Below are positions 51,218-62,562 of a DNA stretch of 64,000 nt, piece by piece. Within the stretch, counting starts at the first letter, position 1; every line of letters begins with the position of its first letter. The notes beneath the pieces are model-generated. The model made no database searches. It saw only the letters and a program-made list of their open reading frames with translations, and was not told the origin of the DNA. Origin of the DNA: Gammaproteobacteria bacterium (lineage in GTDB: Bacteria; Pseudomonadota; Gammaproteobacteria; Eutrophobiales; Eutrophobiaceae); assembly GCA_965116495.1 (NCBI GenBank), contig OZ220696.1, positions 4,192,001 to 4,256,000 of the forward strand, read 5' to 3'. The position numbers were made by a program, and so were the translations under genes.

Positions 51218-54200
51218 TCACACACCCTGCAATTGTAGGGAACTCATACCAGTTTGATAGGCAGCTTCTAGCCGTTTTCTGCCTTTTTCACCAATGCGGC
51301 GCATGCCAAGCCATTTGCGCATTTCCACAACAGCATCATCCTGTTTACAGCCGCAATCAATAAAATAACGGGACATGGCTACGAGTTCTGGCATGGCGAC
51401 ATCTTCAGCAGCACGCTGATGAGAAAATTTTTCAACCACGCGAAAACTGTCCCAGTTGAATGCATTTGCGTTCACTAGCCACACAAATCGCAGGCTGCCT
51501 TCCGTGGTAATTTGCAGCCTGTCATTGCTTTTCAAGATCTTACCAAGTACTCGGTTGATCCGGCCTCCCACACTCTTGAACGCATGTGCCCTAGTGATCA
51601 ATTTGAACAGGACCTCCACACGAATCGGCTGCTCATGCTGAACGATCTGCTCCATCAGGCTTGCATGTGTGGCACGGTAGTGAAACTCGTAAAAACTGTC
51701 CTGCTTCAGGTGCAGATCAGTGGAAGTTGCGCTCCAGGGTATGTATTCGCACTTGCCAGGGATATCGGGCGCATCCTCTACTACTGCACCAGCAACTTTT
51801 TGCCATTCCACCACCCGGGAATCAGCATCTGAAGCCAGGCCGTCGCCATCTGTGTTCACAGAATCTGGTTGGGTACCCTCGACAACCTCTTCTTCAGTCA
51901 CGTCCATCGTATCGGTTACTTTTACTGAAGCCACATCACTGTCCTCCCCTGAAGACTCCAGCAATTCACGCAACTGCCGGTCCATCTGATCAGTACAATC
52001 TTCCGGGGTAATCCACCAGTCCGTGGACCAGACTCTCAAAATCTTCCACCCCAGATTCTTAAGGACTTGCTGACGCAGGAAGTCCCGATCTCGTGCCGTA
52101 GCAGAACGATGATAGGTTGCACCGTCACATTCGATCCCGGCAAGATACCTACCTGGCTGGTCAGGATGAACCACTCCAAGATCGATGCGAAAACCGGACA
52201 CTCCAATTTGGCTGTGAACCATCCAGCCCCGTTCCTCAAGTCGTACCGCAACCTGCTCTTCAAAGGGGGAGTCAAAAGTTTTCAAGGGCCGCTCAATCGC
52301 CTCGCCGATTGCCTTCGTGCCCCGCTTGGCAAAATCCAAGAAATGCTTCATGTCTTTCACACCGGCGGCTGCGGTGCGGGACAGGTCAATATCTTCCGGC
52401 TGCATGCTGGAATAGATACGCATTTCATTGCGGGCGCGGGTGATGGCGACGTTTAGGCGTCTTCGCCCGCCCTCCTGGTTCATCGGCCCGAAGTTCATCG
52501 ACAGTCGACCCGAATGGTCTTTCCCGTAGGTCATGGAAAAGTAGATGATCGAGCGCTCATCGCCTTGCACACTCTCAATGTTTTTCACAAAGATGGCTTC
52601 GATATTGTCTTCGGCGAAGAAAGGCTCAATTTCCGTATGATCCTGGCATGTCTTCTCCAGCAGGTCTTCAATAAGAACCTGCTGTTCCTGATTGAAAGTC
52701 ACCACCCCGATCGTCATACCCGTTTGTTTGAATTCCGGATCACGCAACCTGGCTACGATGCTGTCCACCACAGCTCGGGCCTCGGGCAGATTGCTTCGGG
52801 TGCCACCTTTCTCATACAGTCCATCCTCAACATAGTGGAACGAAACCGCGGTATCGGCTGTGGCCGGAGAAGGAAATGTGATCAGCCCGCCCCCATAGTA
52901 GTGGTGGTTGCTGAAAGTAATGAGCGACTCTTGTCGTGAGCGGTAATGCCATTTCAACTGATAGGTGGGCAAATTAGCACCCATGCACTCATCGAGGATG
53001 GACTCCAGGTCCCCGACATCGATGTCGCTATCGTTGTATTCATCCTCCTGGCGGCTGAAAAACGAGGTCGGGGGTAGTTGCTTAGGGTCACCCACCACAA
53101 TAGCCTGACTCGCCCGTGCGATGGCACCGATGGCATCCCAGGGCGTGATCTGGCTGGCCTCATCGAAGATCACCACATCAAAGGAAGCACCCTCGGGGGG
53201 CAGGTACTGGGCCACCGACATGGGACTCATCATCACGCAGGGAGTGAGCTTGAATAGATTGCTGCCAAGTTGTTCCACCAGCTGACGCACCGGCATGTGG
53301 CGGCGCTTCTTCTGAATCTCCCGACTAAGCACATGCCAGGTCGAACCTTGCGGAATATGGGTGCGCGAGGGGATCGCCTGGCTGAGTTTGGCATACACGT
53401 AGTACCGGGTAAGCTCCATGAAGTCCTGGTCGAGCTTGACAAAATCCTCAATCGTTCGCGCATGTTCGGCCGGCACGAACTTCCGGATCACGTCATCATT
53501 GTCTACGGCACAGTTCAGCCACCAGAGGTGATAGTTCACCCGAAAGGCCTCCTCGGCCGTGCTGCCTGCAAGAACGTCTTGCTCCACGGCATCTACCAGG
53601 GATTTCATGCCTTGGGTCAGGGCATCGTTTCGAACCCGCCGCCAGGCGGTCCAGGCCCTCAGCCTCGGCGCCTGCTCCACCCACTCGGCACAAGTATCGA
53701 TGGTCGTTTGCAGAAACGACGTGCCCTCGGGCCCGATATGCAAGTCGCCGCTTGCGGCAATGGTTGCACCGAGTGCCTGCTGGGCCGCCTCGTAGGTCTC
53801 CACTGCTTTTACGAACGTGCTGGCCGAGGCCTGAATCTGGCCGCTTGGGCCCAGCAGGTCGGCAGATTGAAGCAATGAAATCATCGTGGATGTGGCTTCG
53901 CGAAAGGCCTCGGGCGTTGCGAAAAGTCCACCCATGACGCCTCTGATCTGGTGGCCAAACGCTGCCGCCTGTCTAAACAGGGCCAGGTCCGTGTGGATTC
54001 CGTCGAACTTTCTGCCGATAACCGAATCAAGCCCTTTGAGTAGCCCGAATTCAGCCCTCGTTTTTCTAGCCTTGGAGAGCAAGGCGAGATCGGCGGCTTC
54101 GTCGGTGATTTTCGAGCCTCCCGAGAATGGCTTGAGCTTGGCTTTTACGGCTCGCACATCCAGCCATTTCGCCAGGAACCACTTCTCTTCGGCATTGCTC

Positions 54201-57178
54201 AACTGGGCTAGCAGGCCATCAATGTCCAGTTCGAACACGGATTCCTTGTAGGTCGCAGCCGTACTCTCAAATTGTTGGCGGTAGCTTTGTACCAGCTCCG
54301 CACCCTGTTCAAGATCGGCGATCAACTCACGACCTTCGGGGCCGAGCAAGGAGGCGTACGACTGGTTGTAGGCCTGGGGCAGGATACGCTCAAGCGCGCA
54401 AACCTGTTTCAGGTCAGCTCGGCTCATCACCTTAATTGGCAATCCCAGCAGCTTGATCCAGGACTGCAGTGCGGCTTGCAAGTCCTCCGCCGCCCGGTGC
54501 AGGGCCTTGGACTGTGCAATGGTGTCGCGTTGCCAAGAGGGCGACCAGTCGTCGGCCTCGACCCGCTGAAAGCAGCTCTTGCTGATATCGCCGATCTGCT
54601 CGACATTGGCATCAATGCGTGCAGCGATACTGGAGAATTCCTCCAGGTCATCTTCGGTGTGCGCCCGGTAATCCGGCCAGTTGAACTCTAGCACGGCCAC
54701 CGCAAGATTGTTGATAGCCACGCCGATGGCCTGGAAAATGCTGAGGCCGTTGGCGTAGGTTTTGTGGAGTTGGCGGACGTAGGCATTGAGATCTTCGCGC
54801 AGGTTCACTAGGTGCTCCGTCTGGCGTTCCCAGTTGGAGATCTTAGGATGGCTGCTTTGCCACGCCTGATCGAATTGTTGAAGCACATCCGTCTTTCTGG
54901 CTTTGCTCGAGTGCAACTCCAAGCAAAACTTGCCCAACCCCACATCACGCAGACGCCGATAGACGACATCCAGCGCAGCGGTTTTCTCGGACACGAACAA
55001 AACCTTTTTGCCGATACCAAGGAGATGGGTGATCATGTTGGCGATCGTCTGGCTCTTGCCCGTCCCGGGCGGGCCCTCGATCACGAAGTCCATGCCCTCG
55101 GATGCCGCGATGACAGCCGCCATCTGGGTGCTATCGCAGGACATGGGCAGATAGGTGTCTTTCGGATGACATTTGCGATCCATCTCCTCCGGGCGCGGGA
55201 AGTCGACGCCGTCGTTGCCCATGTAGGTGTCGCGAGGGGTATCGATCAGGTGTTTGACCAGGGGGGAGTTCTTCAGATGTTTGGTGCGTGCATCCAGGTC
55301 CGCCCACATCAGGTACTTGGCAAAACTGAACGTGCTCAGGACCATGTCTTGTGAAACCTCCCAGCCTTTGATATCGCGAACCTGCTTGCGCACGATATTC
55401 CAGATGCCTTCCACATCCAGGCCGGAATCATCCTTTGGCAACTCCTTGGACAGTTCCGGGATTTCGAGTCCGAAGTCCTGGCGAAGCATTTGCAGCAGGG
55501 TCGGGTTGAAGTGCGGCTCATCGTCATGGATGCGCAGCTTGAATGCCGCATTCACGGACCTTCTCGAAAGGCTGACCGGGATCAGGATCAGCGGCGCTTG
55601 GCAGGTTCGAGAACGGTTACCCGTCTGGGTCCAGTTCAAAAACCCCAAGGCTAGATACAGGATGTTGGTGCCGCCTTCCTCGATTGCGGCCTTTGAGGCT
55701 CGGTACAATGTGATCAGCGAGGCGCTCAGTTGGCGCTGATCGAGTGCGGTGGTGATTTTGCCGCGTCGCATGGCTTGCAGCACCTGCTCCGCGTGCAGGT
55801 CCTCCGAGTACCGCCTGCGGTGCTCCTCACCGCTTCGCGGATCATCGGGGCTGATGACTTTCTCCAGCGGTGAGAAGGTGAAAACCTGGTCCTCGGCCAG
55901 CATGTCCTCCAGTTTGCCCGGATTAGTACAGATCAAAGGCACAGCCCGCTTGGACCGCTTGAAGTTCAGCAGCCGGTTGCGCAAGGACAGGTCAAGGAGT
56001 TTGCGTTTCCAGTTTTCAACACGACGATTCGCGTCCACCACATCATCCGGGGTGGGGGCATCCGGGTATTCCACATCCTCGGGCAGATCACTCAGGTCAT
56101 CCAGGCCGGCATCGATCACCTCGTCGACTGCGGTAGCCTCCTGGCCTACCTGCGTGATCCGCTCATACAGCGGTCGAATCCGGGCCAGGCGGGATTGCTT
56201 GATATCGACCAGCAACAGAAAGCTGTCTTCATCGAACAGCTTGCCGTTGGCCTCCTGCCTTGCCTGCTTGAAACTGACGGCAGGCCGGCGCGCCACGAAG
56301 GTGGTCTCAAACACCAGAATCTCCTTGAGGTCCACCCGCTTGCGCAAGGCCTGCAGATCCTCGACCACGCTGGTGCCAAACTCCAGGTCTTCCAGCCAGA
56401 CCCCGACAAAGGCATGGCCCTTGGTGAAGATGACCAGCGAATTAAAGCCGGCCTGCTCTAGGACGCCGGCGAATAACAGGGTGGAGTCCATGCAGGTGAC
56501 CAGCCGGTGTCTCTTCACTTCCTCGGGCAGGCGGATTTTCTGGCCAGCATCCTCGAAGCTCGCGGGCGGTTCGGCATAGGCCAGATCCTGGCGAACGACC
56601 GCCGACCAGATGGCATTGACCATCTCACCAGCCCGTTTTCGACTTTTTGACTGATAGCCGTCAAGCATTGGGTTGCGGCCATTGGCCTCCAGTATCTTCG
56701 CTGCGGTTCGCAGGATTTTCTGGGTGAATGGCGAATTCGGTTGCACATAGGCGGCCAGGATTTCCGGCAATTCCTGGATCCCGCCCCATTCGTTTCGACT
56801 CAGGACTTGCACATCACTAGAGGCTGTGGCAAGCACTTCATCCCCTGCATTCAATGTGAAGTCGTAGGTGCCCCGAACTGCCTCGTTGACCTCCTCCAGA
56901 AAGCCCGGGTTGAGCTCGACCATGCAGTCGCGCAAGGAGATCTCGGCGTCAGGAGCCAGTCGGGTGATGTGCCAGACCTTGGGGTTGGCGAATCCCGGGG
57001 TGGTGGTCACCGTCAACTCCAGGTCCTGATAGCTGACTTCCGTGGGATTTTTAAGAACGATATCCCGAAGAACCGGTACCGAGTTTTGCTGCAGCGCCAG
57101 ATTTACCTTGTGGGACGCCGTAATCTCAATGGCGATCTCTTTGTTCTCCATTTCATGAGTCTCTGTCTCTGAATTCAT
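51218..57178 (-). CDS. DUF4011 + SF1 helicase + Vsr-like nuclease + DUF3320 protein (Hhe-type anti-phage protein)
   Basis: WKRKLLDLSLRNRLLN, GPPGTGKSQT, DEASQ, GDPKQL, WHYRS, QGDE, RRLNVAITRA, FDSPFE...IECDG...WSTDW. Confidence 0.9.
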   Translation of the reverse strand: MNSETETHEMENKEIAIEITASHKVNLALQQNSVPVLRDIVLKNPTEVSYQDLELTVTTTPGFANPKVWHITRLAPDAEISLRDCMVELNPGFLEEVNEAVRGTYDFTLNAGDEVLATASSDVQVLSRNEWGGIQELPEILAAYVQPNSPFTQKILRTAAKILEANGRNPMLDGYQSKSRKRAGEMVNAIWSAVVRQDLAYAEPPASFEDAGQKIRLPEEVKRHRLVTCMDSTLLFAGVLEQAGFNSLVIFTKGHAFVGVWLEDLEFGTSVVEDLQALRKRVDLKEILVFETTFVARRPAVSFKQARQEANGKLFDEDSFLLLVDIKQSRLARIRPLYERITQVGQEATAVDEVIDAGLDDLSDLPEDVEYPDAPTPDDVVDANRRVENWKRKLLDLSLRNRLLNFKRSKRAVPLICTNPGKLEDMLAEDQVFTFSPLEKVISPDDPRSGEEHRRRYSEDLHAEQVLQAMRRGKITTALDQRQLSASLITLYRASKAAIEEGGTNILYLALGFLNWTQTGNRSRTCQAPLILIPVSLSRRSVNAAFKLRIHDDEPHFNPTLLQMLRQDFGLEIPELSKELPKDDSGLDVEGIWNIVRKQVRDIKGWEVSQDMVLSTFSFAKYLMWADLDARTKHLKNSPLVKHLIDTPRDTYMGNDGVDFPRPEEMDRKCHPKDTYLPMSCDSTQMAAVIAASEGMDFVIEGPPGTGKSQTIANMITHLLGIGKKVLFVSEKTAALDVVYRRLRDVGLGKFCLELHSSKARKTDVLQQFDQAWQSSHPKISNWERQTEHLVNLREDLNAYVRQLHKTYANGLSIFQAIGVAINNLAVAVLEFNWPDYRAHTEDDLEEFSSIAARIDANVEQIGDISKSCFQRVEADDWSPSWQRDTIAQSKALHRAAEDLQAALQSWIKLLGLPIKVMSRADLKQVCALERILPQAYNQSYASLLGPEGRELIADLEQGAELVQSYRQQFESTAATYKESVFELDIDGLLAQLSNAEEKWFLAKWLDVRAVKAKLKPFSGGSKITDEAADLALLSKARKTRAEFGLLKGLDSVIGRKFDGIHTDLALFRQAAAFGHQIRGVMGGLFATPEAFREATSTMISLLQSADLLGPSGQIQASASTFVKAVETYEAAQQALGATIAASGDLHIGPEGTSFLQTTIDTCAEWVEQAPRLRAWTAWRRVRNDALTQGMKSLVDAVEQDVLAGSTAEEAFRVNYHLWWLNCAVDNDDVIRKFVPAEHARTIEDFVKLDQDFMELTRYYVYAKLSQAIPSRTHIPQGSTWHVLSREIQKKRRHMPVRQLVEQLGSNLFKLTPCVMMSPMSVAQYLPPEGASFDVVIFDEASQITPWDAIGAIARASQAIVVGDPKQLPPTSFFSRQEDEYNDSDIDVGDLESILDECMGANLPTYQLKWHYRSRQESLITFSNHHYYGGGLITFPSPATADTAVSFHYVEDGLYEKGGTRSNLPEARAVVDSIVARLRDPEFKQTGMTIGVVTFNQEQQVLIEDLLEKTCQDHTEIEPFFAEDNIEAIFVKNIESVQGDERSIIYFSMTYGKDHSGRLSMNFGPMNQEGGRRRLNVAITRARNEMRIYSSMQPEDIDLSRTAAAGVKDMKHFLDFAKRGTKAIGEAIERPLKTFDSPFEEQVAVRLEERGWMVHSQIGVSGFRIDLGVVHPDQPGRYLAGIECDGATYHRSATARDRDFLRQQVLKNLGWKILRVWSTDWWITPEDCTDQMDRQLRELLESSGEDSDVASVKVTDTMDVTEEEVVEGTQPDSVNTDGDGLASDADSRVVEWQKVAGAVVEDAPDIPGKCEYIPWSATSTDLHLKQDSFYEFHYRATHASLMEQIVQHEQPIRVEVLFKLITRAHAFKSVGGRINRVLGKILKSNDRLQITTEGSLRFVWLVNANAFNWDSFRVVEKFSHQRAAEDVAMPELVAMSRYFIDCGCKQDDAVVEMRKWLGMRRIGEKGRKRLEAAYQTGMSSLQLQGV

Positions 57179-57193
57179 TATTATTATTACCTC

Positions 57194-57750
<557 letters not shown>

Positions 57751-57866
57751 CCGTGATTCCTACCCGGGCTTCCGCCTGTACCAGGAGTTTTAGGACGCAG
57801 TGCCGCCTGCCTGGGGGGACCGGGCAGCGGTACCTGGACCAGGTCACGGGGAGGGGCTCAAGAATG

Positions 57867-58618
57867 TCAATACATCTCAAAATACTCCCTATGCTCCCAA
57901 TCCGTAGGATGCGCCAGGAACCGCCCAATCTCAGCCCGCTTTATATGCAGAAAGTAATCAATGTACTGATCCCCGAACCCGGTTCTCAATACCTTGCACC
58001 GATCCAGGGCCTCAACCGCCTGCATAAGCGAATTGGGCAACGGCGGCTTGTCGGTCTGCCCGTAGGGATCCCCCCGCACCGGCTCCCCCGGATCCGTCCT
58101 GTTCCGAACCCCGTCCATCCCGGCATATAACTGCGACGCCATGTACAGGTACGGATTAGCCGAGGGTTCCCCCGAGCGGTTCTCGATACGCGTACTCGGC
58201 TCAGCGTAACCTCCCACCAGCCTGAGCATGGCGCCGCGGTTGTCGTGGGCCCAGAGAATGCGGTTCGGCGCCAGCGGGTTGGCGTTGAGGCGCTTGTAGC
58301 CGTTGATGGTCGGGTTGGAAAAGGCGCACAGCGCGGCCCCGTGTTCGACCAGTCCGCCGATGTAATGGTAACCGGTATCGCTCAACAGGTTGTCGTCGCT
58401 GGTGAAGGCGTTGGCCCCGGTTTGCGTATTGCGCAATGACTGGTGCAGGTGCCAGCCGCTCGAATAGACGTTGGGCAGGGCGGGTTTCGCCATGAAACTG
58501 GCCAGCAGCCCGTGACGCCGCATCAGGTGTTTGACCGCGGAGCGGAACAACAGCAGGGAATCGGCCGCGGCGAGGCCGCTCAGGGGATTGAACGTCACCT
58601 CGAACTGGTCCGGTCCCC
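57867..58618 (-). pseudogene. 5'-truncated glutamine synthetase-family (PuuA-like) gene
   Basis: GPDQFEVTF, FMAKP, SSGWHLHQS, DNRGAMLR, RIENR; N-terminal half absent. Confidence 0.85.
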
Positions 58619-58648
58619 CCTTCTTATAGGTGTCCTGGAATCACGCGC

Positions 58649-58960
58649 TCATCTTACCTCTTCAAACTGGTTTATTTTAACCTTCCCGTCAGGGAACTTT
58701 GCAGTGATCTCCAACTGTCCTCCCACTGCCTCAATATAGTTGCGCAGGGTCTGTATGTACATATCTGTACGACGCTCCAGCTTTGAAACACTGGCCTGTT
58801 TTATTCCTAAGGTCCTGGCCAATTGCTCCTGGGATAAAGCGCGTGCCCGACGCAGCTCCTGAAGCGGCATTTCATCCAGCATTGCCCGACTCAGGCCGGC
58901 TGCTTTCTCAAGCGCTTCGGGACTCATCTTCGCCCGCAATTCAGAAAATCTTTTAGCCAT
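58649..58960 (-). CDS. HigA-type XRE antitoxin
   Basis: MAKRFSEL...LQELRRARALSQEQLA...SKLERRTDMYIQTLR. Confidence 0.9.
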   Translation of the reverse strand: MAKRFSELRAKMSPEALEKAAGLSRAMLDEMPLQELRRARALSQEQLARTLGIKQASVSKLERRTDMYIQTLRNYIEAVGGQLEITAKFPDGKVKINQFEEVR

Positions 58961-58961
58961 G

Positions 58962-59315
58962 TTACCTGTCACCTGCTGTTTCCTGTAAATGCTCGTCGTA
59001 TAAATCATCAGCGATTGGCAGGTACTTGTCATACCAATCATCATTGCCCGCTTTGTTTCCTCCGATGAGAAGTATCGCCACACGCCTCGGGTCGAAGGCA
59101 TAAAATATCCTGTAAGGGTCGCCTTTGTATTGAATTCTTAACTCCCTCATACGGGAATGCCGCGAATTTTTTATCCCGGAGGAATGTGGAAAAGGCAGGT
59201 TGGAACCTCTCGCTTCTAACAACCTGACTTTCGCGTCAATCGAAACCTGCAAGTCCTCATCCAGTGTAATCCACCATTCCCCGAATTCATCCGTATACTC
59301 CACTTCATATTCCAT
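58962..59315 (-). CDS. HigB/RelE (Gp49-like) toxin
   Basis: MRELRIQ...RIFYAFDPRR.AILLIGGNK. Confidence 0.9.
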   Translation of the reverse strand: MEYEVEYTDEFGEWWITLDEDLQVSIDAKVRLLEARGSNLPFPHSSGIKNSRHSRMRELRIQYKGDPYRIFYAFDPRRVAILLIGGNKAGNDDWYDKYLPIADDLYDEHLQETAGDR

Positions 59316-59469
59316 TCAGTGAATATAGCCTAAAGAGAATATTTTTCAAGTGGCGGTTGCGTCCCGGTTCGGCAGGGGGAGGGAGGGGGCCAGGTATCAG
59401 AGCGGGGTGAGGACGTCGCGCAGGGCCTCACCCTGTCGGGCGGCGTAGTGCCGATGTGCCTGTAACTGG

Positions 59470-59559
59470 CTGTTAGCCTGTTATAAGCCGAATGTCAGGA
59501 CTCCAAATTCGTACAATCGATATAGAGCGAGCCTTGTCACTGAGTCGGTAACGAACCAT
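59470..59559 (-). pseudogene. ParE toxin remnant
   Basis: MVRYRLSDKA, then frameshifted LYEFGVLTFGL*QA. Confidence 0.6.
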
Positions 59560-59797
59560 CTTTCCTTAATTGCTCCCGTACTTCCTTCCTGACATCTTCC
59601 GGTGTTTGTTGGCTCAATCCGCTTTTTTCACCTTCAATCAAAGCAAGACGAACCGCTTCAATTCCGGTATTACGGTTCTGTCGCTCGCGAATGAGATCAC
59701 TGATAACCTCGCTTTCCGAGCGGTATTGACCGCTGGCGACCTGAGCTTTTAACCACTCATCATGGGTATCTGTAAAGGTGATGCTTTTTCTTGGCAT
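59537..59797 (-). CDS. ParD-type RHH antitoxin
   Basis: QVASGQYRSESEVI...LIEGEKSG. Confidence 0.88.
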   Translation of the reverse strand: MPRKSITFTDTHDEWLKAQVASGQYRSESEVISDLIRERQNRNTGIEAVRLALIEGEKSGLSQQTPEDVRKEVREQLRKDGSLPTQ

Positions 59798-59960
59798 GGT
59801 CTTAGTTGCTTGGGTGTAAATGTGGTGTAATTATGCATCACAATAACTTTGATCACAAACTGACATTTACATTCAGTATTGATGTGTAAACCCGGATCAT
59901 CTATCCTTTGCATACGTCTGAATGGTTTCTGACCCTTTCTGAGAGTATTGAGGTATTAAC

Positions 59961-60167
59961 ATGAATTTCACGGCAGTTGTCGAACACTGCAAGGAAACGG
60001 GGCTGTATGTAGGCTATGTGCCAGGTTTTACGGGTGCCCATTCCTAGGGAAAACCCCTGGATGAGTTGAATAAAAACATGCAGGAAGTCATTGCCATGTT
60101 ACTTGAAGATGGTATGCCTGAACTGGAAACTGAATTTATAGGCACGCAACAAATCGCTGTAGTCTAG
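59961..60167 (+). pseudogene. HicB-like antitoxin with in-frame TAG at 60045; hicA start truncated after 60170
   Basis: MNFTAVVE...YVGYVPGFTGAHS*GKPLDELNKNMQEVI. Confidence 0.75.
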
Positions 60168-60191
60168 AAGTGTCAAAAGTCCCTGTTCTTA

Positions 60192-60544
60192 ATGGACCGG
60201 GTAGTTCGGGAGAGTTAGCGCCCGGCAGGGTAACCCGGTTCACCGAACCGGAGGTCAAGCAGATTCGCGAAAATACCGGCCTCTCAAGGAGGCGGCATGA
60301 CCGATCTCAACATTGACGATTGCATCAACGAGACCTGCCCCTGGTCCGGCGAGCCGGTACAGGCCGACTCACTGGCCTTGTACGGCGATGATGTCGTAGG
60401 GTTCTGCAAACCGGGCTGCCGCGACAAGTTTGAAAGCGCGGTCAGGCATTTTGAAAAAGCGAGGGCGTCGAGTGTAGAACGTATCAGGCAGGCTATGTCT
60501 GAAGAAGGACGGCCGCTGGAGGAATTCACCGCTGAGTTTGAAGC
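60192..60544. repeat. ~350-bp duplicate of 49011-49364 (NadS-like fragment + YHS-like gene)
   Basis: Direct repeat with scattered substitutions. Confidence 0.9.
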
Positions 60545-60584
60545 AATCGCTGGCGCTATTTCAGAAAAAACAGGAGAATCTTGA
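60297..60584 (+). CDS. small YHS/TRASH-like Cys protein (copy 5, chimeric C-terminus)
   Basis: Same as copies 3 and 4 up to TTTGAAGC, then continues with the sequence of 43452-43476. Confidence 0.7.
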   Translation: MTDLNIDDCINETCPWSGEPVQADSLALYGDDVVGFCKPGCRDKFESAVRHFEKARASSVERIRQAMSEEGRPLEEFTAEFEAIAGAISEKTGES

Positions 60585-60647
60585 AATTCTGTATGGTGGT
60601 ACGATACGAGACCGGTCTCAAAACTACTTCCTTGGTTAAAATATAGT

Positions 60648-61427
60648 TCAAGCAACGCGACGCAGGAGTTTACGTTCAAGATCGTCAACCGAGGCAAGAG
60701 ACGAGATCATTTCACCCCCCACGTCAGATAACCGTGCAAGATCATTCCTCGGTATCTCAGACTGGTCTTCAAAGATCAGTAAAGATTCGAATGTGACCTG
60801 GTGCCGATGGAAATGAGATAGCATTATCGTCGTGAGACGTGCCTTATCCCGATTCGGCACACCGTATAGAAACAGGGGGGTATCAACGCCCTCTATCCTG
60901 TAGTCTACCGGATACGCTTCCCGGTTTGGTATTTCTTCCAACAGGTAATCGACCTGCATCCTATCCTCATCAACCAGACTCGTAAGTAAATCTGCAAGGT
61001 CATCATAAAACGTTGACTGTACCCTGGAACGTGAAAGAAAAGTCAGATCGTAAACTCTCGTAAGCGCCTGGCCGAAATGGAATATGGCCTCCGGCAATTT
61101 CTCAATAGACGTATCCAGACTAAATTCACCGTTATTCCAGCTTACACTTGCTTCTTCCACAAGACGTTCCAGTAGCTGTCTTCTTGTTCCTTCAAGGAAT
61201 GAATCTATGTCGTGGTCATAGCTGATATGCATAATGGTGTGACCACGGTCCGACAGGCGTACTCCACCTGCGTTGGACGCAGCAACGTGAATAGGAAACC
61301 TGTCACCGTCCGGGAACTCGAAATGAGTGCTCAGCATCAGATCACCGTCAGGGCGCGATGATAAATGAACATCTTCACAAAGCCGCTCGCACAAAAGTTG
61401 CCGTAATGAGTTGACGTCAAGAGTCAT
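60648..61427 (-). CDS. DUF1828-like domain protein
   Basis: THFEFPDGD...RLSDRGHT N-terminal motif; YPVDY in C-terminal half. Confidence 0.7.
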   Translation of the reverse strand: MTLDVNSLRQLLCERLCEDVHLSSRPDGDLMLSTHFEFPDGDRFPIHVAASNAGGVRLSDRGHTIMHISYDHDIDSFLEGTRRQLLERLVEEASVSWNNGEFSLDTSIEKLPEAIFHFGQALTRVYDLTFLSRSRVQSTFYDDLADLLTSLVDEDRMQVDYLLEEIPNREAYPVDYRIEGVDTPLFLYGVPNRDKARLTTIMLSHFHRHQVTFESLLIFEDQSEIPRNDLARLSDVGGEMISSLASVDDLERKLLRRVA

Positions 61428-61565
61428 TAAAATAACCTCGGCTGGTCACGCTCAGCCTGAATGCCCATGACGCTGTAATCTTCGATCAAGCAGGCTAAAG
61501 CACCTTCAAGAGTCACATAGCGATCGGTTTCTTCGGCCCCCCGTTCCGGTTTTTTGCCCGACGCC
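61427..61565 (-). pseudogene. 3' remnant of the upstream partner gene of the DUF1828 protein
   Basis: GKKPERGAEETDRYVTLEGALACLIED...QPRLF*; TAATG coupling to the next gene. Confidence 0.45.
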
Positions 61566-61568
61566 CCG

Positions 61569-62255
61569 TTAAGGAGCGTTTCTTTTTTCGTCCTGAAATA
61601 TACCAGGAACATCAGGATGAAAAATGCGTGCAGAAACTACCTCGTTTCTGGAGATGACAATTTGAAAATCTTCGTGTTGCAGTCCAGAAACATCTTCAAG
61701 TGATTTCTTGACCGCAGGCGTGTAATTGGTCGTAATTTCCAGTTCCAGGGTATCCTTGTCCCGATAACCACTGGCCAAGGGAATCAACGCAATATCAGGT
61801 TCGCCATGTCTTGTTATTTCGCTCCCGAGAATCAGCCCGATGTAAGACTTCCTGCTCTTCAGTGAAAGTTCAATAAATTCTTGTTCTTTAACGGACTGCG
61901 CCAGAAGCAGGTCCAGGCGGTAACCATTTTTTTGCGCTATGTGCGCGGCGGACTTTTCCCGATCGTAGAATATGTTGCCTGCAAGCGGCAACACAAGCCC
62001 TGACAGGGCGCTCCCGATAAACGGGGCAGAGTTGGAAGCCAGCGCTGATGAGATAAATATCGCATTGTCGGCAGCGCATAACTTCAAAAGAAAAATTATC
62101 ATTTACGCGAACACAAATAAAAACCCGCCTGCAATCGCTGACTGAAAAAAGACGTGGTATCCCGAAGCCCTGACCACATTGTAATTTGTGTAATGCAGGT
62201 GGGTAAGGAACCAGTAGCCGCTCAGAACGGGAACAAGATACAGACCAAACTCCAT
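61569..62255 (-). pseudogene. membrane protein gene with in-frame TAA at 62103-62105
   Basis: MEFGLYLVPVLSGYWF...GFLFVFA* continues in frame into ORF 61569-62102. Confidence 0.65.
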
Positions 62256-62296
62256 GTGCTACGGCTCCTCAGGAAAAAGACTACTGAATTGATGTC

Positions 62297-62467
62297 CTAC
62301 GACCGTCCCTCAGGAGCAGCAGGTTTACGCTGTTTGAAAAACTGTGCCATTTTATTCACCGCGGCGCGACCTCTTTTACTTTTCAGCAATTCATCCGCCT
62401 TGACATACACCGTTCCCGAGTTTGTGACATAGACTTTGGGCCGCTCCCTTTGTGCACTATCTGACAT
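62297..62467 (-). CDS. 56-aa basic hypothetical protein
   Basis: MSDSAQRERPKVYVTNSGTVYVKADELL...; GGAG RBS; below the ORF-track cutoff. Confidence 0.5.
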   Translation of the reverse strand: MSDSAQRERPKVYVTNSGTVYVKADELLKSKRGRAAVNKMAQFFKQRKPAAPEGRS

Positions 62468-62562
62468 AATCTTCTCCAGTAAAAATCATGTTTTTACTTT
62501 CTTAAAACTCTAGATCATTTTTTGTGATCTTTCAATGGAACTCATAACCGCCATCCACTTAA

